Shown in pieces: positions 27,669-35,077 of a DNA stretch of 50,006 nucleotides. Location of the stretch: the IMG/VR virus record IMGVR_UViG_3300025697_002467, one strand, 5' to 3'. This DNA comes from a virus (lineage: Duplodnaviria > Heunggongvirae > Uroviricota > Caudoviricetes). A model generated the notes under the pieces. The model worked only from the letters and a program-made list of their open reading frames with translations, was not told the origin of the DNA and did not search any database. The position numbers and the translations under genes are program-made. Position 1 is the first letter of the stretch. Every line of letters starts with the position of its first letter.

Positions 27669-28691
27669 ATGACAAAGAAAAAAACCCCAAGATCCGTAAA
27701 TGCCAGTTACGATCCAGACATGTACTTGAAATCACACAAAAATGTCTTCAAAGGTCTGAAAACCGAATTTGTATGGCTTACCCCTAAACTAGCCAAAGAA
27801 TTTATGGCTAGAAACATCAGTAAAAACAGAACCATGAATCCTAAACGCCTTGATATTATAGAAGGTGATATGGTGGGAGGCCTTTGGGGATTTAACGGAG
27901 ATTCTCTTCGTTTTAACATTCCCAAAGACATGATTGATGGCCAGTACAGATGCCAAGCAGTCATCAACACAGGCATTACCATACCAGTAATGGTGCAGAC
28001 AGGACTCAGCAAAGAAGCCTTTGATATGTTGGATTGTCTTGGTAAATCCAGAACCTTCGGTGAAACTTTGAAAACCAAAAAATTCCAGAATGTTGATGTT
28101 TTGAATAAAACCTTAAAGATGGTGATTTCATTACGAGAGGATTTCAAACCAGGCAACGACCGTTTCCCTGATGTACATCATCAGGAAACATCCCCTGCTG
28201 TAAAACTCAAAACCATAATGTCTGAAAAAAACCTTTCCAATATTGTGGATCTTGTTTGTTACAAAGACAAGAACACCAATACCAAAAAAGACATTGAAGA
28301 AGCTGCCCCTGCCTATATGGTTGCAGCATTCTATCATGTATTCAACAAAATTGATGCTGAGAAAGCCAAAACCTTCAAGGAAGGTATGCCATTAGGTTTC
28401 ACACCACCAAACAGCCCTTCCGGTAAAATGAGAAAATACCTTGCAGCCCTTGAAGTACAGAGATTGCTTAAACCTGAGTTGAAACTCACAGGCCGAAAAC
28501 TTCTGTACAAACAGATGTATGCTATCATCGTGGCCTGGAATGCTGAAATGAAAGGTGTCCCGTTGAACCCTAAAGCATTGGAGCTTGATCTGGAAAACGG
28601 TAAAGTAAAAGAGAACCTCATGCCTATGACTGAAATAGTTGGCTCTGAGAAGTATCTGGAATGGTTGAAAGCCAACGTCAAAGGCTTTTAA
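27669..28691 (+). CDS. ParB-N-like (DGQHR-type) protein
   Basis: LTP.LA..FM..N..NR...DM..G.W.FNGD.L.F...IDGQYR.QAV; canonical DGQHR reads DGQYR; start probably MTKKKT. Confidence 0.7.
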   Translation: MTKKKTPRSVNASYDPDMYLKSHKNVFKGLKTEFVWLTPKLAKEFMARNISKNRTMNPKRLDIIEGDMVGGLWGFNGDSLRFNIPKDMIDGQYRCQAVINTGITIPVMVQTGLSKEAFDMLDCLGKSRTFGETLKTKKFQNVDVLNKTLKMVISLREDFKPGNDRFPDVHHQETSPAVKLKTIMSEKNLSNIVDLVCYKDKNTNTKKDIEEAAPAYMVAAFYHVFNKIDAEKAKTFKEGMPLGFTPPNSPSGKMRKYLAALEVQRLLKPELKLTGRKLLYKQMYAIIVAWNAEMKGVPLNPKALELDLENGKVKENLMPMTEIVGSEKYLEWLKANVKGF

Positions 28692-28711
28692 TCCCTGATT
28701 ACAACACCTAA

Positions 28712-28739
28712 ACCCCCTGATGTAATGTCAGGGGTTCTT
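28712..28739 (+). terminator. GC-rich hairpin after ParB-like gene, possible terminator
   Basis: CCCCTGA-TGTAATG-TCAGGGG followed by TTCTT (weak U-tract). Confidence 0.4.
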
Positions 28740-28751
28740 AAGGAGATTGAT

Positions 28752-29027
28752 ATGGGTCGTAAAATTACTGATGTAATAGAAGCTATCCGTGAAGCTATCC
28801 CGACTGAGGAAGCAGACCTTCATTCCAGATTGAACGCTATTGAAGAAACTGCTCAATATAGGGCACCTGAAATGATAGGAGACTCTTGGTATGACCTTGG
28901 TATCTTGGTGGGTCGGTTTGCTGACCCTAACGACCCACCCAAGAAAAATACTTGGCAGATGAAAGCTGTTTGTGCTTTGACAGGTCAAACAATAGAACAG
29001 ATGGATGAGTCCAAGGAGAATACATGA
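28752..29027 (+). CDS. hypothetical protein
   Basis: start re-called at MGRKIT with AAGGAG RBS. Confidence 0.7.
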   Translation: MGRKITDVIEAIREAIPTEEADLHSRLNAIEETAQYRAPEMIGDSWYDLGILVGRFADPNDPPKKNTWQMKAVCALTGQTIEQMDESKENT

Positions 29028-29239
29028 TTAAAATAGCCCGTAATGACCCCTGCCATTGCGGTTCGGGTAAAAAATATAAGAAATGCTGCCTACGGGCAGA
29101 TCAATATCCTGAACCCGAAGAGCCTGAACCTCGTAAAAAGGGTTCGAAGATGCAAGCCAAGATGTTGATGGCAATGATGGCAGGTTTTGAAGCCCAACAA
29201 GGTGTTCAACTCGTAAAGAGACCCAAAAAGGAAGACTAA
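29024..29239 (+). CDS. SEC-C (zinc-binding) motif protein
   Basis: KIARNDPCHCGSGKKYKKCC. Confidence 0.9.
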   Translation: MIKIARNDPCHCGSGKKYKKCCLRADQYPEPEEPEPRKKGSKMQAKMLMAMMAGFEAQQGVQLVKRPKKED

Positions 29240-29534
29240 TGATGGCAACTTCATATTTCAGAGGCTATCCGACCGTCGTGATTGACAATAAATGGTGTTA
29301 TGAAGATACCAAGGAAACTATTGAAGATCATCTTCGGCCTTGTAAGAAATGTGGGCAAGAATATGAATTCAATGCCCCTGTTTAGGTATGTTGCCTGGAG
29401 TAGCTTTTGCTTGTTGTGGTCATGGAGTTCAAAGTGAGGCCTATGTCCATTTCGTTGACAGCCCTATCCGATTGGATGATTTTACCGTAACAAGGTTGAG
29501 GTTAGATGATGCTGGGACTAAAGAAAAAATATGA
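29239..29534 (+). pseudogene. frameshifted Cys-rich phage protein (two overlapping frames)
   Basis: first frame ...RPCKKCGQEYEFNAPV* stops at 29385; the -1 frame continues PCLGMLPGVAFACCGHG...AYVHF to 29534; one added A at AATG^CCCC restores N-D-P-C-L-G. Confidence 0.6.
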
Positions 29535-30069
29535 CAAGAACAAATGCCTGGCTGTAGTCACAGATCAGGAAACTGGTTTGTTACACGGAGCTATGTATTA
29601 TAATCACCCAACCCCTTCAGGTTGTGAACGGTGGCTCTTAGGGGTTACCACAAACCCCTGTGACACTGAACTCGAAGCAGCTAAACTTATCAATAAAGCT
29701 TATCCTGATGTGAAACCTTTGAAACTCAAAGGTCTCTCAACTGAGAGTTGTGATATTTTGGAACTTAAGCTGAAACGTGGGTCGTGCATCCATTGGATGC
29801 ACCACAGAGACGGCAATAAGAAGCCTGCAAAGGGAGAAGATCCTGTTGACCCTATTGAGATTATAGAGGTCTCTAAGCCTTATAAGGAGACTGAGATTGA
29901 TCCAACTATTCAGGTGACTTCACTTCAACTGAAAAGGTTGATTGCCACAGGTAGAGTCGAGTTAGACAGTTGCCAACCTGTCTGTAGTGATCTGTACTAT
30001 TCGTATCTTCATTACCGTGTGAAACGTGGCGGAGAGAAACCAAAGGAAGTTCAAAATGTCATTGCTTGA
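29506..30069 (+). CDS. hypothetical protein
   Basis: 187 aa; HPTPSG..RWLL. Confidence 0.75.
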   Translation: MMLGLKKKYDKNKCLAVVTDQETGLLHGAMYYNHPTPSGCERWLLGVTTNPCDTELEAAKLINKAYPDVKPLKLKGLSTESCDILELKLKRGSCIHWMHHRDGNKKPAKGEDPVDPIEIIEVSKPYKETEIDPTIQVTSLQLKRLIATGRVELDSCQPVCSDLYYSYLHYRVKRGGEKPKEVQNVIA

Positions 30070-30553
30070 CGACTTCAAACTTGAAAAAATAGACACCAAC
30101 GTAGATAAGACTGAGTTTGTCATGGTGGTTATACCTCATGTAATTGATACCCCAGCCCTCGTGGATTATGAAGGGTTCAGCATTGAAACGGATGTACGTG
30201 AAGGTGGCCTGACTGCTGAAGATATGGGGTTCGGACCAACAGGTACAGCTCCAGGATTATGGATTGGTGAAGGTGTCCCTGTTTGGGTACCTACAGGTTC
30301 AATGGACGGTTACCCAGGTGAATCTGAAACCGAAGCTACATATGATAACTTCACTTGGAGACGGCCAACCTCAGAAGAAATGGAAGCCTTAAATAACGAG
30401 GGGCTTTGGGGTAAACGTAAACGATGTTTACATTGTGGTGAGTACCTCACTGAGGGTGAAGAACTGATTTTACAAGTTAAGTTAACACCTGAAGATGAAC
30501 CATCCTTTCAGAAGTTTTGTACTGAATGTTATGAAAAGGAGCTTGATAAATGA
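30056..30553 (+). CDS. hypothetical protein with C-terminal zinc ribbon
   Basis: start re-called at MSLLDD; CLHC...CTEC. Confidence 0.75.
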   Translation: MSLLDDFKLEKIDTNVDKTEFVMVVIPHVIDTPALVDYEGFSIETDVREGGLTAEDMGFGPTGTAPGLWIGEGVPVWVPTGSMDGYPGESETEATYDNFTWRRPTSEEMEALNNEGLWGKRKRCLHCGEYLTEGEELILQVKLTPEDEPSFQKFCTECYEKELDK

Positions 30554-30831
30554 ACGATAAAGACCTTGAAAATTTATGTTCAATCGAGCCGACTCAACCA
30601 TGTCCTGACTGTGGGCAAATTGCCCTTGCTACATGGGTAGACATTGGTTTTGGACCATACTCTCAGCAGGCTGGTCCTTATTCCTGTACTGAATGTGATT
30701 GGGTAGAGCCTTGTCCTTATGTGAGTCCTGAAAAATGTGATCGGTGTGTGAGTTTTGACACCTGTTACACTCGTTTGGAGAAAAAATATGTGAGTTTTGA
30801 CACCTGTTACACTCGTTTGGAGAAAAAATAA
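30550..30831 (+). CDS. zinc-ribbon protein
   Basis: CPDC..VDIGFG....GPYSCTECDW. Confidence 0.75.
   Translation: MNDKDLENLCSIEPTQPCPDCGQIALATWVDIGFGPYSQQAGPYSCTECDWVEPCPYVSPEKCDRCVSFDTCYTRLEKKYVSFDTCYTRLEKK
30747..30830. repeat. exact 42-bp tandem duplication at gene 3' end
   Basis: TGTGAGTTTTGACACCTGTTACACTCGTTTGGAGAAAAAATA x2. Confidence 0.95.
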
Positions 30832-31104
30832 GTGATGAATTTATATACTGTCAATATCCGTATTCCAAATAAAATACAGAGTATTAAAGATGATGGTTCT
30901 ATTGATGATTTGAAATGTTATCATTATTTAGTATTAGCATTAAAAAAAGATATCTACAGGTTAGTTTCAAGTATGCCTGAAATTAAGAATTTTAAAATTA
31001 AACCAGACCAACTTGAAATATCATTGTTCGATGTACCTGCTGTTTTTACGGATGTAGGGGGAAATCAGGTTTGGTTTGATATAGAAAACAATACTGATGA
31101 ATAA
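30832..31104 (+). CDS. hypothetical protein (markedly AT-rich)
   Basis: 90 aa; composition visibly more AT-rich than neighbours. Confidence 0.6.
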   Translation: MMNLYTVNIRIPNKIQSIKDDGSIDDLKCYHYLVLALKKDIYRLVSSMPEIKNFKIKPDQLEISLFDVPAVFTDVGGNQVWFDIENNTDE

Positions 31105-31510
31105 TATGCCGGATGAGAGAACAGACTTGATATGCCCCGATTGCAAAGCCTTGATGGTTCTTAGAGAAGGAAAATTCGGTTTGTTCTATGGATGCTCAAC
31201 ATATCCTGAATGTACTTGTGCTCATGGTGCCCACAAAGAAGGTGGTGCTCCGCTTGGTATTCCGGCTAACCGTGAGACTAAGGACTGGAGAATTAAAGCT
31301 CATGATGCCTTTGATGGACTCTGGAAAGTGAAAAAAGCAATGACCCGGAAAGAGGCTTACCTGTGGATGTCCGAAGTTATGGAATTATCACACAAGGATG
31401 CTCATATCGGTATGTTCGACATTGTTCAATGTGAGAAACTGATTGGTTTGGTATTTGATTTTATTAAAAAACTCCTGGATGAAGATCCGGGGATTGAATT
31501 AGAGGTGTAA
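31097..31510 (+). CDS. Topo-C4 zinc finger / DUF3268-family protein
   Basis: CPDC..MVLR.GKFGLFYGCS.YP.C..HG.H...PLG.PA...R..AH.AFD.LW..R..AY.W...HIG.F..C. Confidence 0.8.
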   Translation: MNNMPDERTDLICPDCKALMVLREGKFGLFYGCSTYPECTCAHGAHKEGGAPLGIPANRETKDWRIKAHDAFDGLWKVKKAMTRKEAYLWMSEVMELSHKDAHIGMFDIVQCEKLIGLVFDFIKKLLDEDPGIELEV

Positions 31511-32022
31511 TGATGACGAACTCTTGGAAAGAAGATATGTACAAAGGTTATCGGGTAGTGTGGTCACAAGGGCCATCTCTATCAATCCCTTCATGGTGTC
31601 TTTACACATTGGAGCAAACCCCCGGAGACAGTATGTGTGCTGATTGGTCTTTCTATAAAGGTGGTTTTGAAAAACTGAGGGATGCTCATAAATGGATAGA
31701 TGAACAGGTAAAAAAGAAAACAGCAGAGTTTTCAAGACATATGCCTTGTGAACGGACTGATTTGATTTGTAAACAATACCCTATGAAACTCCAGACTGGA
31801 AAACACGGGCTATTCTACGGCTGTACTAACCACCCGAAATGCAATGGCTCTCACGGTGCCTGTGAAGATGGGTCACCGAAAGGAATCCCAGCCAAAGCCG
31901 AGACGAGACAGTGGAGACAGAAAGCAATTGCTGCTGTGGACATTCTGGCCAACCATCTGCCGAAAGCCAACATCAAAGATTGCCAAGCTATTATTGAGCT
32001 GGCCAAGAAATTTCGATTTTAA
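31510..32022 (+). CDS. protein with C-terminal partial DUF3268/Topo-C4 paralog domain
   Basis: GKHGLFYGC.NHPKC.GSHGA..G.PKGIPA..ETR.WR.KA. Confidence 0.7.
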   Translation: MMTNSWKEDMYKGYRVVWSQGPSLSIPSWCLYTLEQTPGDSMCADWSFYKGGFEKLRDAHKWIDEQVKKKTAEFSRHMPCERTDLICKQYPMKLQTGKHGLFYGCTNHPKCNGSHGACEDGSPKGIPAKAETRQWRQKAIAAVDILANHLPKANIKDCQAIIELAKKFRF

Positions 32023-32062
32023 TGGCTTAGTTTCTCAAAGTTGTGGGTTGTTGATGTAAGAA
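32023..32062 (+). promoter_or_regulatory. repeated motif, copy P5
   Basis: TGGCTTAGTTT-CTCAAAG-TTGTGGGTTGTTG-ATGTAAGAA, directly after TAA. Confidence 0.85.
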
Positions 32063-32075
32063 GGAGAACAACAAT

Positions 32076-33656
32076 ATGCCTGAATTAAAATGTTTTTATC
32101 ATGAAACTTTAATTTATTATGACGGTATTCAAGTTTTCAAAGCATTAGATGACGCCCGTAAAAAGGTTTATCTTGGAGTTTGTGTTGAGACTGGAAGTCT
32201 AGCAGATAAGTTTTTAGTCGTTGAAGTTAAACCTGACTCTGATTTATCTATAGAAAACCTGAGAACTCTAATCCTTGAACGCCCAAACCCTGAATGGTAT
32301 CTGTTACAGACAGATGACTTTGAAGGAGCACTTCTCCTAAAACAACAATCAGGTGATATCCCTGAAGAATATTTACCAGAGAAAGAGATCAATATGCCCC
32401 TTATTTCAAAAGCAGCAAAACTTCTGGATGTTCCTGAAAAGGAACTCCAAGAATTCGATATGCCTGATACTTTCAATCCGGGCAATACCATTGCCGGATA
32501 CCTGTGCCGTCGTGGTGACCACCGATACGGAGCATTAGTCATTAATATGGTTAATGGTGTGGGTGTTGAACCTCAAGTTGTTTGGTGTACACCGAAGCTT
32601 CACTACCCCTTTGGTAGAACTGAAATGGAAGATCGTAACTACCATTTCCCCAAGAAAATCATCAGGGTTGGTGTCTATGAGAAACTGGACGGCACGAATG
32701 TTCTGGCCTACTCCTATGCAGATGCAGAGGGAACACGGTACAGGACGTTCAAGACACGGCTGACCCCTATATTGTCAGACAACCGATTCGGAGCTCTGGC
32801 TCAAATGTGGAACGAGCTTCTGGAGGATAAACATCTTCAGATGATTACGTCTGTACAAGCTCTCAAAAACCAAACCCTCAGTTTCGAGATGTACGGCTAC
32901 CGGAATCCGCATCTTGTGGTATATAAAGATATTCCGCTGTCTGCCAAGCTGTTGTTTTCAGTGGATCAGATAGACCAGTCTATCCGACCGTCTAACGGGG
33001 TGTTCTTCGAGGATTGGGGGGGTGACCCTCCATATCAAATGTATGAAGATCAAGTCATGATGTGGCCAATGGCAGTCCTGACTGCCCCTCAGTGGGTTTT
33101 AGTACCAGAAGCTACCTTAGAGTCCCCAGAAGACCTTGTGGCCTTCTACGAGTCCAAGAGGGACGAAGCAGAGGCTCAGAACAAGAGCTTCGGGGAAGAC
33201 ACCGACAAGACTATTGAAGGTATAGAAGGATTTATCTTTTATACCCTCGTGGAAGGCGGAGAATGGGAGATGTGGAAATGTAAACCACCCTCAGTGGAAG
33301 ATATTCACTGGACTCAAGGCAACTCCGTTCCGATGACTGTCATCGTACCAACGGCCTGGAATGCTCTGGAATCCTGTGATGGTGAACTGACTCCCGAATA
33401 CATTCGTAGTTTGTTGCTGGAAGAATTTAGCCCTGAGCAGGTCGGTAAATCCGAGATCCGAATCGGTAAAGCTGTAGCTTACATTAATGGCCGAGTGAAC
33501 CGGCAGATCAAAGTCAGGGCACTGTATGATGACTCTGGTTTGGATTGGGAAAAAGATGGCCGTGGGAATATTATGAGAATGCTATCAAAACATTTTGACA
33601 GCAAAGAAATGAAGAAAGTGTATCAATCTTTGACTGAAATGGGGATTGTAAAATGA
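32076..33656 (+). CDS. ATP-dependent RNA-ligase-like nucleotidyltransferase with extra N-terminal domain
   Basis: motif I YEKLDGTN, motif III SFEMYG, motif IV EGIEGFIF, motif V WKCK. Confidence 0.75.
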   Translation: MPELKCFYHETLIYYDGIQVFKALDDARKKVYLGVCVETGSLADKFLVVEVKPDSDLSIENLRTLILERPNPEWYLLQTDDFEGALLLKQQSGDIPEEYLPEKEINMPLISKAAKLLDVPEKELQEFDMPDTFNPGNTIAGYLCRRGDHRYGALVINMVNGVGVEPQVVWCTPKLHYPFGRTEMEDRNYHFPKKIIRVGVYEKLDGTNVLAYSYADAEGTRYRTFKTRLTPILSDNRFGALAQMWNELLEDKHLQMITSVQALKNQTLSFEMYGYRNPHLVVYKDIPLSAKLLFSVDQIDQSIRPSNGVFFEDWGGDPPYQMYEDQVMMWPMAVLTAPQWVLVPEATLESPEDLVAFYESKRDEAEAQNKSFGEDTDKTIEGIEGFIFYTLVEGGEWEMWKCKPPSVEDIHWTQGNSVPMTVIVPTAWNALESCDGELTPEYIRSLLLEEFSPEQVGKSEIRIGKAVAYINGRVNRQIKVRALYDDSGLDWEKDGRGNIMRMLSKHFDSKEMKKVYQSLTEMGIVK

Positions 33657-34048
33657 ACAAACCACCTAGCAGAAAATGTAGGATGCAGTGTCCATTATCA
33701 GATAGGTGTCTTAGATATGATGCAAATATGAGTATCCATGACCCAACTATTTCTATTGGATATCAGGCAGATGAACAATACTGCCCGGAACAGTTGCTTA
33801 AACCTGAGAAATCCGACGAGGACTTTCAGGCACAAGAACTGAAGCGGATACGGGATACATACAAGAATGACCCTACTATTCAGAATTTAGTTATAAGTGG
33901 CCGTCCCACAGACTTGATGGCTGTTGATGAGATTCTGGCGTTACGTGGCCATATTGATAAGATGATCGAGCTCGTTGAAACTACTTTAGAGCTTAATACT
34001 GCAGAACTTTTGAACTGGCTTAAAAAAGCCAAGAAAATTAGGAGGTAA
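33653..34048 (+). CDS. hypothetical protein
   Basis: C...CPL...CLRY...YC N-terminus. Confidence 0.7.
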   Translation: MNKPPSRKCRMQCPLSDRCLRYDANMSIHDPTISIGYQADEQYCPEQLLKPEKSDEDFQAQELKRIRDTYKNDPTIQNLVISGRPTDLMAVDEILALRGHIDKMIELVETTLELNTAELLNWLKKAKKIRR

Positions 34049-34050
34049 TA

Positions 34051-34395
34051 ATGAGTTATTATGTATTGGATAGCAACCTGAAACTGAAGTTTGTGAGAAA
34101 TCTGTCTGTCGGATGGTTACAGCATTTGGTTAGGTTTGGATTTACTGTACAGCATTTGTCAGACAGTACCATAAATATCCTAAAAAACCCCTGTGATCAC
34201 AACGAGATTGGTGGATGCTCCAGTCACATAAATGCTTTGGAAGCAGTCCAAGAATATATAGTACCAGGTTCAAAAATTACCGTAGTTTACCCAGAAAATG
34301 ACTGGACTGTCGTTCGTACCATTTTTGAGAAAAAGGGTAAAAAAGAAATTATCGGCCATATGAAACCTGTATGGAAAACTAAGGAGACAGCATGA
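34051..34395 (+). CDS. hypothetical protein
   Basis: AGGAGG RBS; 114 aa. Confidence 0.65.
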   Translation: MSYYVLDSNLKLKFVRNLSVGWLQHLVRFGFTVQHLSDSTINILKNPCDHNEIGGCSSHINALEAVQEYIVPGSKITVVYPENDWTVVRTIFEKKGKKEIIGHMKPVWKTKETA

Positions 34396-34973
34396 AACTG
34401 AAAGACCGCCTGTTGGCATTCGTTGACGTTGAAACGACTGGGTTAGACCCAGAAAAACACGAGATGATCGAGTTTGCCTGTAAAACTTCTGACGGCAAGA
34501 AAATCCAGTTCAAGATCAAGCCTCAACACATCGAAACAGCTCACCCAAGAGCCTTGGAAGTGAACGGATACACCCCAGAACGATGGAAAGATGCCATAGA
34601 GCCTAAACAGGCTGCTGCCATTATCCAAGAGTGGTTGGAAGAGGTTATCATCATCGGTCAAAGCATTAAATTTGATGTGGGTTTTATCAAAGCCTTGTTG
34701 AAACGGGAAGGTGTTGAATATGATAACAATTTCCTGAGATATTCTGGAGACACTGTTACCTTGGCACTGGCACATTTAGTCCCCAAAGGACTCACGAACC
34801 TATCACTGAAATCTATCATGCAATTCCTTAATATGGAACCTGAGCCTGATGTCCATGAGGCTATGAATGGAGTGGACTGCTGCAAAGCTGTATGGGAAAA
34901 GTTAACAGATACAGGCTTCGATGCTTCCAAGTTCCACAAACATTACTCCGGCCCGGAGTACGATAAAGAGTAA
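34392..34973 (+). CDS. DEDDh 3'-5' exonuclease (DnaQ/RNase T-like)
   Basis: ExoI DVETTGLDP..HEMIEFA; ExoII FDVGFI; ExoIII HEAMNGV (H.A..D variant). Confidence 0.85.
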   Translation: MKLKDRLLAFVDVETTGLDPEKHEMIEFACKTSDGKKIQFKIKPQHIETAHPRALEVNGYTPERWKDAIEPKQAAAIIQEWLEEVIIIGQSIKFDVGFIKALLKREGVEYDNNFLRYSGDTVTLALAHLVPKGLTNLSLKSIMQFLNMEPEPDVHEAMNGVDCCKAVWEKLTDTGFDASKFHKHYSGPEYDKE

Positions 34974-34982
34974 ACAGCTCTT

Positions 34983-35022
34983 TGGCTTAGTTTTCGTTTC
35001 CCGTGGGTTGTTGATGTAAGAA
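34983..35022 (+). promoter_or_regulatory. repeated motif, copy P6, upstream of cas operon
   Basis: TGGCTTAGTTT-TCGTTTC-CCGTGGGTTGTTG-ATGTAAGAA. Confidence 0.8.
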
Positions 35023-35077
35023 TGATGGTCTTAACTATACGGAGACAAATATTACTCTTAGAGTAATATAAAAAATA

